In this document: piece after piece, positions 8,421 through 16,908 of the stretch
Numbering within the stretch: the first letter of the stretch is position 1
Layout of the letters: the number at the start of each line of letters is the position of its first letter
Assembly (NCBI GenBank): GCA_902597385.1
Contig: CACJXQ010000002.1
Coordinates: 20,413-84,412 of the forward strand
From: an uncultured Pseudomonadota bacterium
GTDB taxonomy: Bacteria; Pseudomonadota; Gammaproteobacteria; Ga0077536
DNA length: 64,000 bases
Reading direction: 5' to 3'
Translations under genes and position numbers: made by a program
The notes under the pieces: model-generated
Told to the model about the DNA's origin: nothing
The model's database searches: none
Seen by the model: only the letters and a program-made list of their open reading frames with translations

Positions 8421-9029
8421 TTAATAGTTTTTACTAAACATCTTTTTTTGAAAGCTTTTAGCATCATTAAGATGTGGAAATTCTATATTAGGAATTGGCA
8501 CATTTAAAGATTTGCATATTGGTTCCCAACCATCGGTAGGTAGCCACTCCAAGAGACGCTCGGGGTCGACATTTTCCAGAACACTTTGATAGTGGTCCTG
8601 ATAGAAGGCTATACATTCCTCTTTATCTGTAATGTTTGCCGTGAACCTACTACGGAGTACTTCAAAGACCATCTCTTTCCAGGCACTGGTCTCAGCTTGC
8701 CTCAATACTTTGAAGATTGTGTTGGAGGCGCTGGACCACCATTCTTCGGGATCTCTTTTGGAGAGAATAATGAGAGCATTAGGGAAATTAGCTGAAATTT
8801 CCGGCCAAAAGGCTGCGGCCGGCCAATCGACAGCAGCACTCCATTGAGAAAAAAAAGAGCTCCAATTTGGTTTTTCCCCCTGCGCAACATTTTTCCAGAA
8901 AGTTATATCATCTGGTTTCTTTCCTACTTCAAACATATGATAGCATTTGCCTTTGAGTAGGTGCTCAAGCGCTTTTTGAAGCGAACGTGTTCCTGTTCTT
9001 CCTACTCCAGCACCAATAGCTCGTATCAT
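8421..9029 (-). CDS. sulfotransferase-family protein (Sulfotransfer_4-like P-loop)
   Basis: 202 aa. The 5'-PSB-like loop is GVGRTGTRSL, followed by CYHM, then a KRDPEEWWSS 3'-PB-like motif. Its start overlaps the SDR stop in an ATGA (9026-9029). Confidence 0.6.
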   Translation of the reverse strand: MIRAIGAGVGRTGTRSLQKALEHLLKGKCYHMFEVGKKPDDITFWKNVAQGEKPNWSSFFSQWSAAVDWPAAAFWPEISANFPNALIILSKRDPEEWWSSASNTIFKVLRQAETSAWKEMVFEVLRSRFTANITDKEECIAFYQDHYQSVLENVDPERLLEWLPTDGWEPICKSLNVPIPNIEFPHLNDAKSFQKKMFSKNY

Positions 9030-9805
9030 TTTGCGGAGCTTCCTCCATCTATTGGATAAGTATTTCCCGTAATGTAGGAGGCCTCATCACTACACAAAAA
9101 CATAACTAACTTCGCTACCTCCTCAGGTGTTCCATACCTGCGTAGAGGTACGGATTTCTCCATGCGTTGCTTGATATCGCTATCTCTTCCTCCGGAAAAA
9201 CCATTTTCTAAGGCTTCTATCATGCGAGTCGCTATTGGTGCGGGGTTTATAGTGTTAACTCTTATTCCAAGCGATGCCACTTCCAATGCTGCCGATTTCA
9301 TCAGTCCAACGACAGCATGCTTTGACGCAATATAGGCAGATATTTTGGGCATTCCTCTCAAACCGCCTAGCGAGGAGGTGATTACAATACTACCACCGCC
9401 ATTTCGCTTCAAAGCCGCTATAGAGTGTTTAAGACCCAAAAAGACACCACGCACATTCACTGCCATTACTTTGTCGAAATCGTCATCTGGGTAGTCAGTT
9501 ATCAACTGGACAGGACCTTCTATTCCAGCGTTTAAAAAAACAGCGTCTATTTTGCCAAATTCTTTCTCGCCCCTTAGTACAACATTTTCGAATGCCTTAT
9601 TATCTGTTACTGTACCAGCGATACCCAAGGTGTGCTCCCTACCTAATGAAGAACTCAATTCATCAAGTGAGGCCTGAGTTAAATCGGTTAGAATCACCTT
9701 TGCACCCTCTTTCACGAAAAGTTGTGCTGAAGCTTTGCCAATACCTCCAGTCGCTCCAGTGATTAATACAACTTTACCGTTAAATTTACCCATGGGTGCC
9801 TCCAA
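9026..9805 (-). CDS. short-chain dehydrogenase/reductase (SDR)
   Basis: 259 aa. Motifs TGATGGIGKA (TGxxxGIG), NAG, catalytic YIASKHAV (YxxxK) and a PIDGG C-terminus. Confidence 0.9.
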   Translation of the reverse strand: MEAPMGKFNGKVVLITGATGGIGKASAQLFVKEGAKVILTDLTQASLDELSSSLGREHTLGIAGTVTDNKAFENVVLRGEKEFGKIDAVFLNAGIEGPVQLITDYPDDDFDKVMAVNVRGVFLGLKHSIAALKRNGGGSIVITSSLGGLRGMPKISAYIASKHAVVGLMKSAALEVASLGIRVNTINPAPIATRMIEALENGFSGGRDSDIKQRMEKSVPLRRYGTPEEVAKLVMFLCSDEASYITGNTYPIDGGSSAK

Positions 9806-9850
9806 TATGATATATACCTTTGCTCTAAACTTGGTGAAAGATTACAACAA

Positions 9851-9907
9851 AAACTTAGTTTTTATTTTTAAACTCTGATTTTACACAAAAACTCTGATAA
9901 ATTAATT
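9851..9907. repeat. three phased 19-bp units starting AAACT(T/C)(A/T)G(T/A)T
   Basis: AAACTTAGTT at 9851, AAACTCTGAT at 9870 and AAACTCTGAT at 9889, with exactly 19-nt spacing. They lie in the divergent promoter region between the SDR operon and the crotonase-FimV gene. Confidence 0.5.
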
Positions 9908-9970
9908 ATATAGATCTTGGGTCCTGTAAATAACTAAATCTGCGATATATTTGTATTTTTGAGGTAACAG

Positions 9971-11290
9971 ATGGCGGACGGCAAATTTGAAAAATACTCC
10001 AAACTCTACCCCGATATTCGATTGGAGAGACATAGTGGGTTACTAGAAGTGACATTTGGAGTGGGTAGAAATTTAGTTTGGACCCCAAACACTCGCTCCC
10101 AGGTCGCAAGCCTTTTCAAAGACATATCAACTGATTCCCATAACAAAGTGGTGATGATTACAGGGTTTGGCGGTAAATTTTGGGAAGATACTGAAAAAGA
10201 AGAGGGTTCAGTTAAACCATTATCAGATTGGAGAACTGAGGGACTTTTAGAGTTATTGCTCCGCATCCCAGTTCCGATAATTGCAGCAATTAATGGGCCA
10301 GTGAGGCAGTACTGCGAGCTTCCTTTACTGTCCGATATCGTCTTGGCTACTGAGGGAGTTTCTTTTCAAGAGCCTCAAAGTGGGTACTTCCAATCGATAT
10401 CTGACAGGGAAGGTCGGCGGCTTGCTCTGCATAATTTATTTGGACTAAATAAGGCTCGATATTTTCTATTAACTGAAGAAAAATTGTCCGTAAAAGAGGC
10501 AAAGCAGTTTGGGGTGGTATCTGAAATATTAGAAGGAGGAGATTTGTTAAATAGGGCGAGAGAAATGGCCTTTAGCTTGCTCCGAAAACCGTCTGAAGAG
10601 TTGGTTCTGATGAGGAGAGGTTTCCTTAGGGAACTTCAAATACAAATAGAAAACTCTTTCAACTTAATGAGAATATGGGGTGTTGGGAAAGATGAGAGAC
10701 TTACTCAACCAACTGTCGAGAGCCACCTAGCTGAGAATAATTGGAGGGAGGAAGCAAATGGGAAGCCTTCGCTGAATGTTATCGAGGATGAATCGTTTAT
10801 TCGATCAAATGACCAAGAAGTAGTTGAAGGAGATACAGGTGCCAAAACAGATTTTATCAGTTCGGGGCTCGCTGACTGGAATTTCGAAAATGAGGATGAT
10901 TCTTTTGAAAGTTTTTCCTTACATGGAAACGATATCAGTGAATTAGCGGATTTAGAAAATGAATTGAACCATGAAGACGCTCAAAAAAAGTTGAACGATC
11001 TTCCAAATTTATCAACGAATGGAGGCGAGTTAGGCAAGGATGAGGAATTTTCGAAAGGAATGTTGTCTTTAGAATCTGACACAGCAAAGACAGATAGTGT
11101 GTCTGATATTATAAAATCAGTAAGTACTGATGGCGGTGAAAATGATGTGAAATTAAACCTTGCGAGGGCCTACATAGAACTAGGATATCAGCCTAGTGCG
11201 AGTCTTATACTTGAAGAAATCGTGAAGGATGGAACGCCGGAGCAAATTTTGGAGGCTCAGCGTCTCAAGGAGCATGCTAGAAACGGCTAA
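9971..11290 (+). CDS. crotonase-fold (enoyl-CoA hydratase/isomerase-like) domain fused to acidic linker and FimV-type C-terminal domain
   Basis: 439 aa. Residues ~1-235 follow the crotonase layout (VVMITGFGGKFWED...PIIAAINGPVRQYCELPLLSDIVLATEGVSFQEP...KARYFLLTEEKLSVKEAKQFGVVSEIL). Residues ~250-390 are D/E/S-rich. The C-terminus DVKLNLARAYIELGYQPSASLILEEIVKDGTPEQILEAQRL matches the FimV C-terminal motif (LDLARAYI-x-MGD...). Confidence 0.7.
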   Translation: MADGKFEKYSKLYPDIRLERHSGLLEVTFGVGRNLVWTPNTRSQVASLFKDISTDSHNKVVMITGFGGKFWEDTEKEEGSVKPLSDWRTEGLLELLLRIPVPIIAAINGPVRQYCELPLLSDIVLATEGVSFQEPQSGYFQSISDREGRRLALHNLFGLNKARYFLLTEEKLSVKEAKQFGVVSEILEGGDLLNRAREMAFSLLRKPSEELVLMRRGFLRELQIQIENSFNLMRIWGVGKDERLTQPTVESHLAENNWREEANGKPSLNVIEDESFIRSNDQEVVEGDTGAKTDFISSGLADWNFENEDDSFESFSLHGNDISELADLENELNHEDAQKKLNDLPNLSTNGGELGKDEEFSKGMLSLESDTAKTDSVSDIIKSVSTDGGENDVKLNLARAYIELGYQPSASLILEEIVKDGTPEQILEAQRLKEHARNG

Positions 11291-11319
11291 GGCGCATGAT
11301 TTTCTCAATCTTGAGACGC

Positions 11320-12282
11320 TTACTGTTTACCGTGTGGGATCCGAATAAGTTGTTTAAATTGGTCAGTGAGTAGAGATGGTCTGACTGATGAAAGCTCCAT
11401 CAATGACTTAGAAAATGCATAATTAAGTAAACCGGTTTGACTTTCGCAAAAATCTATAGCTTCTATATTTTTTTTTTGTAAATCAGCAAAAAAACCGCCA
11501 GCCTTTCTTTTTCTTAAGGCGAAAATTTTGGTTTCTAATGCTAGGCTTGCTGTATATATTTTTTGCTGATCATCCCCATCGAGGCTATTCCATTTTTTAA
11601 GATTTATAAAAATCAAATGATTTATATTCCCGATTGGCTGGGTTCGGAATCTCACGTTTTTTGACCAACTTAAGGAAGAATGTTCCTTAATTGGGGCGAA
11701 AAATCCATCTAGATCATCATTTTTTAGATCCTCTGGTGTGATCGTTCGATTTCTTTTGATAGGTACCCCAGCCAGATGTTCAACAAAACCCTCAAAAGGA
11801 GGCGGAACAGAAATTTTTGCTCCCTCTAGACTGCAAAAATTAGGTTTGTCTCTTAGTAATAAGTGGTAGCCATTTCCGGAGCTAATAGCAGATAAAATCT
11901 TTAAACCTTTGCTGTTATAATGCCTCTCAAGTGCCTGCCAAAAAGCAGTCTCCCTTAGCTCAGCGGAGCTATGGAGCCAAATTTCTAATAAGAAAGCTGC
12001 TTTTTCTTTATCGGGTATTGAGTGCGCTTGGGTAAAAAGGAAGTCAAAAATCCCGAGGGTAGACATCTTAAACTGATGTTCTGTAGGAATTGTGCTTGGC
12101 CCAAAAACTAAGAATTTATCCTTTGGAAGGTTTTTTCTTAGAAGTTCTTCATAGCTCTTAAGTGTTTGCCACTCGGTCTTTTCTGGGTTCCAATTACTTA
12201 AAATGGTGAAAGCACTTTCGGCCTCTGCCTGGTCTGGTACTATTGTCAAATAAAAGATTAAAATTAGTAGTAAAATTCGCAT
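11320..12282 (-). CDS. secreted protein, TRAP DctP-like solute-binding fold (tentative), no adjacent permease
   Basis: 320 aa. Signal peptide MRILLLILIFYLTIVPDQAEA. The spacing of conserved blocks (FGPSTIP...LGIFDF...KGLKIL...LEGAKISVPP...VPIKR...DLDGFF) resembles DctP-family SBPs. Assigned by eye only. Confidence 0.45.
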   Translation of the reverse strand: MRILLLILIFYLTIVPDQAEAESAFTILSNWNPEKTEWQTLKSYEELLRKNLPKDKFLVFGPSTIPTEHQFKMSTLGIFDFLFTQAHSIPDKEKAAFLLEIWLHSSAELRETAFWQALERHYNSKGLKILSAISSGNGYHLLLRDKPNFCSLEGAKISVPPPFEGFVEHLAGVPIKRNRTITPEDLKNDDLDGFFAPIKEHSSLSWSKNVRFRTQPIGNINHLIFINLKKWNSLDGDDQQKIYTASLALETKIFALRKRKAGGFFADLQKKNIEAIDFCESQTGLLNYAFSKSLMELSSVRPSLLTDQFKQLIRIPHGKQ

Positions 12283-12393
12283 GTCGAAAATAATTTTTAC
12301 GTTGAGTGGAAACTTCCGGTGAATCTTACTTCATTGGGAGAGGAATAGACACATCTCTGGCACTTGTAAATTAAATTAGGGAAAAATTCTTAT

Positions 12394-13449
12394 ATGAAGG
12401 TAGAGACCTTGCTTCCACTAGGGAAAGTTGATCCGGGTTTGCGAAAACCTCGCTTGGATTATGATTTGAAATGCATTAGCGAAGAGGCCTCCCTGGTCGA
12501 GTCTCTAGGTTACGATGCTCTAATGTTCGAAGAAACAAAGCAAGACCCATTTATAGCTTGCGCGCTAGCTGCAACTGCGACAAATAATTTAAAAATAGGG
12601 ACCGCGATAGCGCTTGCGTTTCCACGTAGCCCGGCAGTAACTGCTTTAACCTCATGGAATATTCAGCATTTATCGTCTGGTAGGTTCGTGCTTGGTCTGG
12701 GGACTCAAGTAAAAGGTCATATTGAGAGGAGATACGGGCAAAAATGGAATAAGCCTGGCCCTTGGATGCGAGAATATGTTCTAGCTCTGAGGGAAATATG
12801 GGCGAGCTGGCAGGAGGGGCGGCAGCCGCGCGCGGTTGGAGATATTTATAAAATCACAATGACAAATCCTCTATTCAATCCAGGACCTATAGAACACCCC
12901 TTTATACCCATTCACTTAGCGGCAGTGAATCCATATATGAGTAGGGTTGCTGGAGAGGTGGCTGAGGGAGTTAGACCTCATCCAGTTTGCACTCCTAGAT
13001 ATATAAAGGAGGTAATGTGGCCAGAAATTAGAACGGGGTTAGACAAATCATGTAGAGGGAATTCTCATTTTTGTGTGGCTATAAAACCTCTGATAGCGAC
13101 AGGTGCTGATAGGGTTGAACTTGATAAAAATAAAGAGGACGTACGTGCTAGAATCGCATTTTATGGGGCCACATGGGCTTACCGGAAAACTTTCGATTTT
13201 AACGGACTAGGGAAGATAGCTGAAAACCTCAGGTTTTTATCAAAGAAAAACGATTGGGAAAAAATGCCCTCCCTTATAGATGATGATATCTTGAATGAAT
13301 ATGCTTGCGTGGGACTTCATGAAGATATCGTGTCGGTGTTAAAAGCTAAGTATAAGGGTATAGTAACCAATGTGGAATTTAGTATTCCCATAAGTGAAAA
13401 AAATCCTGAGGGTATACGTAGAATGGTGCGGGCGCTCAATTCATCTTAA
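12394..13449 (+). CDS. luciferase-like monooxygenase (LLM) class flavin/F420-dependent oxidoreductase
   Basis: 351 aa. EASLVESLGYDALMFEETKQDPFIACALAATATNNLKIGTAIALAFPRSPAVTA...SGRFVLGLGTQVKGHIERRYG is typical of LLM TIM-barrels and resembles the MSMEG_2256-type subfamily from memory. Confidence 0.75.
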   Translation: MKVETLLPLGKVDPGLRKPRLDYDLKCISEEASLVESLGYDALMFEETKQDPFIACALAATATNNLKIGTAIALAFPRSPAVTALTSWNIQHLSSGRFVLGLGTQVKGHIERRYGQKWNKPGPWMREYVLALREIWASWQEGRQPRAVGDIYKITMTNPLFNPGPIEHPFIPIHLAAVNPYMSRVAGEVAEGVRPHPVCTPRYIKEVMWPEIRTGLDKSCRGNSHFCVAIKPLIATGADRVELDKNKEDVRARIAFYGATWAYRKTFDFNGLGKIAENLRFLSKKNDWEKMPSLIDDDILNEYACVGLHEDIVSVLKAKYKGIVTNVEFSIPISEKNPEGIRRMVRALNSS

Positions 13450-13452
13450 GTA

Positions 13453-13662
13453 TTAAAACAATCGTAGTCCTGCGCCTACTAAAATGAAACCTACCACAAG
13501 TTGTACCGGTCTGGATGCTAGCAGCCTTAAAATAGGAACTGTCTTCGTTAGTTTTAAAAAGGTACTTTCCATGTTTGGAATGAACTGGATTATTATACCG
13601 ACGCTTATCAATAGAATTGCAAAAAACAACTTTAAAATGTCTATCAGTAAAACGATTGACAC
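13453..13662 (-). CDS. small hydrophobic membrane protein (69 aa)
   Basis: GTG start 18 nt downstream of the thioesterase stop. Two or three hydrophobic segments. No homology is recognisable. Confidence 0.35.
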   Translation of the reverse strand: MSIVLLIDILKLFFAILLISVGIIIQFIPNMESTFLKLTKTVPILRLLASRPVQLVVGFILVGAGLRLF

Positions 13663-13680
13663 GGTTTACTCTTCGGCGAA

Positions 13681-14115
13681 TTAAAGCACTTCGGCCTGAG
13701 TGTTAAAGGTTCTACCTCTGAAATGGCCGATCAAGATATTGGCTTCATTAGTTACCTTCACGTCATATAGTCCGGTGTTCTTCGACTTGTTTCCCTCGAC
13801 GGCGGAGGCTGTCAGATTTTCTCCTAATTTAGCAGGTCGTAGAAAATCTATATTAGCATTCATAGCTAAATTAGCCTTATTTCGACTGTTGCTCGCGTAA
13901 GCCATGGCCGTATCGGCTAGCAAGAAAATGTAACCTCCATGGCAAATGTCATGCCCTTGAATCATCCAATCCTTTACGGTCATGCTAAGTTCAGCGACTC
14001 CTTCATCGACAAAATCAATATTGATCCCTAAACGCTGGGCGGCAATATCTCTAGCATATAGGGCTTGTGCCACTGTTTGACTTATAGACACCAATTTATC
14101 ATCACTAAGAGACAT
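13681..14115 (-). CDS. PaaI-type hotdog-fold acyl-CoA thioesterase
   Basis: 144 aa. The HGGYIFLLADTAMAYA motif and the length are typical of the PaaI/4HBT-II thioesterase family. Confidence 0.8.
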   Translation of the reverse strand: MSLSDDKLVSISQTVAQALYARDIAAQRLGINIDFVDEGVAELSMTVKDWMIQGHDICHGGYIFLLADTAMAYASNSRNKANLAMNANIDFLRPAKLGENLTASAVEGNKSKNTGLYDVKVTNEANILIGHFRGRTFNTQAEVL

Positions 14116-14135
14116 CTTTTGAACTCGTTTGGTAT

Positions 14136-14474
14136 TTAAATACGGTTTTTTGTTTCCACTAGGATTTCTTTGTAGCTGCTGGTGCCGACATTTTTAGCAG
14201 TATGAGTCACCGGAACTCTGAGGTTTTTTTCGTCAGTAGATACTAGATAACCATTCTCGACTTTAAATGCGAATACTGATCCAGTAGTGGCATCTAAGGT
14301 GCCCAGATCGTTACCTTCCTCTCCGAATACTTGTAATTTTGAACCATTTTGAATGTAAAAAATGTAGTCATGTTTGTGTTCATGCAACGGGGTTTCCTCT
14401 CCTGGTTCCAACGTGAACTCCCACACAATAATTTTTTCATTTTCATAGACTTTGGTTGTTCCTACTTCTCCCAT
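14136..14474 (-). CDS. cupin-domain protein
   Basis: 112 aa. The GEETPLHEHKHDYIFYI metal-binding-like motif sits in a small beta-barrel-sized ORF. Confidence 0.65.
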   Translation of the reverse strand: MGEVGTTKVYENEKIIVWEFTLEPGEETPLHEHKHDYIFYIQNGSKLQVFGEEGNDLGTLDATTGSVFAFKVENGYLVSTDEKNLRVPVTHTAKNVGTSSYKEILVETKNRI

Positions 14475-14577
14475 GAGAAAAAATCCTCCCAGTTAGTTTT
14501 CATCCCTCGGTTGATTATTAATCCTTTTCGACTTGTAGGCAACATTTACGTTTATTCAATACCGTGTAATGATTGTT

Positions 14578-14943
14578 TCACCAAACTTTTTGTCTGAAGG
14601 CCCAAGTTAGTTGGTGGTTTGTCGTTAAGTGCTTTTTTTGAATAGACCCACCTAATAAGACCAATATGGCAAAGGCCTCAAAGCAGAAAGCTACTCTCCA
14701 AGGTTTCATGGAACTGGTGGTTTTAATGACTCTGAGATCCTTGTCTAAATACAAAATGTCTATCGAATATTGCATGAACAAGGTGTGTATGCAGTCGCTT
14801 GCATCGAGTAAGAGCGCTGACGATGAGTCGAGTTTAGGACGTCCAATAAGTCCCCTTATTTTTTCCCATGTTTTGGTTGGACGATAACAATTCTCTGCTA
14901 AGAGAATATTTGAGTCCTTTATCTCTATGGTGCCAATGTCCAA
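14578..14943 (-). CDS. DUF192-family protein
   Basis: 121 aa with a TTG start. RGLIGRPKLDSSSALLLD...IHTLFMQYSIDILYLDKDLRVIK matches the DUF192/COG1430 pattern (GLM-x-R...M...plDiifld). Confidence 0.6.
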   Translation of the reverse strand: MDIGTIEIKDSNILLAENCYRPTKTWEKIRGLIGRPKLDSSSALLLDASDCIHTLFMQYSIDILYLDKDLRVIKTTSSMKPWRVAFCFEAFAILVLLGGSIQKKHLTTNHQLTWAFRQKVW

Positions 14944-15035
14944 AGCGGCTTCATCAAGCGGATTTTCAACATCATTCTTGAATTTTAGATCATTGCTTAT
15001 TAGAGTGTCATGAGGTTTTTTTAGGAGGGACGCTT

Positions 15036-15812
15036 TTGGGGCAAAACTTATTTGATATCGAAGGCAAGGTTGTTCTTGTAACCGGAGGTGCTCGGGGGAT
15101 CGGTCTAATGCTCACGAGGGCGTTCTTAATCGCGGGAGCCAGGGTCTATATTACCTCTAGAAATCAAGATAATTGCTATAAAATAGCAGAAAAAATGTCC
15201 AGTTTGGGAGAATGCGAAGCGTTGCCCGCAGATTTATCTAAAATAGAAGAGATAGACAGATTAGTATCCGATTTTGGCGACCGAGAACCATATTTAGATG
15301 TTCTTATAAATAATGCTGGAACCACCTGGGGAGATACACTAGATGATTTTCCTGAAAAGGGTTGGGACAAAGTCTTAGCGCTTAATCTCAAATCACCTTT
15401 CTTTCTCATGCAGAAATTTTTGTTTCTACTCGAGAAAGCGGGAGATAAAAATGATCCATCGCGAATAATAAATGTTGGCTCGGTAGACGGGATCACGAAC
15501 TCTATCTTTGATAACATTTCATACGCCGCCTCGAAAGCCGCTCTTCACCATGTGACGAAAGTTGCCGCGACCAAACTAGCCTGTAGGCATATTACCGTAA
15601 ATACCATCGCTCCAGGACCGTTTTTGACCGATATGATGCTACCCATGGTTGATAAAATTGGAGCTGCTTCGATAGAGTCTGAGGTGCCAATGAGACGGTT
15701 AGGGACTGACAATGATATAGGGGGGGTGGCGGTTTTTCTTTCTTCTAGAGCTGCTTCTTATATCACTGGAATTCTTTTGCCGGTTGACGGCGGCCTGACG
15801 GCTGCTCGCTAA
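15036..15812 (+). CDS. short-chain dehydrogenase/reductase (SDR)
   Basis: 258 aa. TTG start with TAGGAGGG 7 nt upstream. Motifs TGGARGIG, NNAG, YAASKAAL and PVDGG. Confidence 0.9.
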   Translation: MGQNLFDIEGKVVLVTGGARGIGLMLTRAFLIAGARVYITSRNQDNCYKIAEKMSSLGECEALPADLSKIEEIDRLVSDFGDREPYLDVLINNAGTTWGDTLDDFPEKGWDKVLALNLKSPFFLMQKFLFLLEKAGDKNDPSRIINVGSVDGITNSIFDNISYAASKAALHHVTKVAATKLACRHITVNTIAPGPFLTDMMLPMVDKIGAASIESEVPMRRLGTDNDIGGVAVFLSSRAASYITGILLPVDGGLTAAR

Positions 15813-15834
15813 AGAGGAGTAAAAAATTTTATAT

Positions 15835-16908
15835 TTGTCTAAACTGAGGCTATGTTTAGCATCCTTGCTTTTTTATTTCGGTCTTTTTTCCGGTGTAAAT
15901 TCCGCTCTAGCGCAAGACATTCATTTTGTAATCGCGACCACTCACCCACCAAGTTTGCCTTGGGTTTATTTGTTACGAGATGAATTTATTCCACAGTTGG
16001 AGGAGAAAGTTAAGCTCGTAGATCCGACAACCGAAATCACTTGGACAAAGGCTTGGGGATCATTATATAAGTGGCATGATAGTCTCACTGGAGTAAAAAT
16101 CGGTCTATCGGATATTGCCTGGGTTGGGTCGGTTTGGGAGTCTTCCAAGCTTCCGTTGGCAAATATAACGTATAACCTGCCTTTTATCACCGATGACTTA
16201 GTTTCGCTCCTAAAGGTGGTAAATGGGTTACACGAAAATATCCCTGAAATGCAAGAGGAGTGGGAAAAGAATAATGTAAAGTTTTTGGGGGCAACTGGAG
16301 TGGATACATATCATCTGCTTACTAAATTCCCAGTAAAAAATTTTTCTGATTTAAAGGGGAGAAAAATTTTAGCCCCCGGTGCTGCTAGGTTATGGTTAAC
16401 CGGCTCAGGAGCCATACCGGTAAATGGTGCTCTTACGACGTACTATACGCAAATGAAAACAGGTGCAGCAGATGGTGCCCTAACCATATTGACAGGTGCT
16501 TATCCTTTCCGACTACACGAGGTGGCGCCATATTTGACTCTTGTCGGATTGGGCGCACAAAGTGTAGGGGCTCTCGTGGTCAACTTAGATAGATGGAAAG
16601 GAATGCCAGTCTCCTGGCAAACTGAACTCAGAAGGCTTGCAAAAAACTACTCTATTCGCAGTGCACAAGTGGCTACTAAAATGGCAGAGAAAGCGCGATC
16701 TGACTTAGAGAGGGAAGGAGCCTTAATCTCTGAGTTGTCATTGGCCGAGAGAGAGAAATGGATAGAAGCAATACCCTCTCTTGGAAAAAATTGGGTATTA
16801 AAAAATGAGGAGAAATCTCTTCCGGCAAGGAAGATAGTTGTAGAGCTGATGAATGGTCTCAGGAAAGAAAATGTGAAGCCGAAAAAAGCTTGGGATCTGG
16901 CATTATGA
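15835..16908 (+). CDS. TRAP transporter solute-binding subunit (DctP family)
   Basis: 357 aa. TTG start and signal peptide ending SALAQD. DLKGRKILAPG...YTQMKTGAADGAL is typical of DctP SBPs. It is immediately followed by the fused permease. Confidence 0.75.
   Translation: MSKLRLCLASLLFYFGLFSGVNSALAQDIHFVIATTHPPSLPWVYLLRDEFIPQLEEKVKLVDPTTEITWTKAWGSLYKWHDSLTGVKIGLSDIAWVGSVWESSKLPLANITYNLPFITDDLVSLLKVVNGLHENIPEMQEEWEKNNVKFLGATGVDTYHLLTKFPVKNFSDLKGRKILAPGAARLWLTGSGAIPVNGALTTYYTQMKTGAADGALTILTGAYPFRLHEVAPYLTLVGLGAQSVGALVVNLDRWKGMPVSWQTELRRLAKNYSIRSAQVATKMAEKARSDLEREGALISELSLAEREKWIEAIPSLGKNWVLKNEEKSLPARKIVVELMNGLRKENVKPKKAWDLAL

Noticed and set aside
12358-12373. TGGCAC motif upstream of the LLM gene, considered as a sigma-54 promoter.
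   Set aside because: The -12 position reads TT rather than GC (TGGCACTTGTAAATTA), so the GG-N10-GC rule fails.
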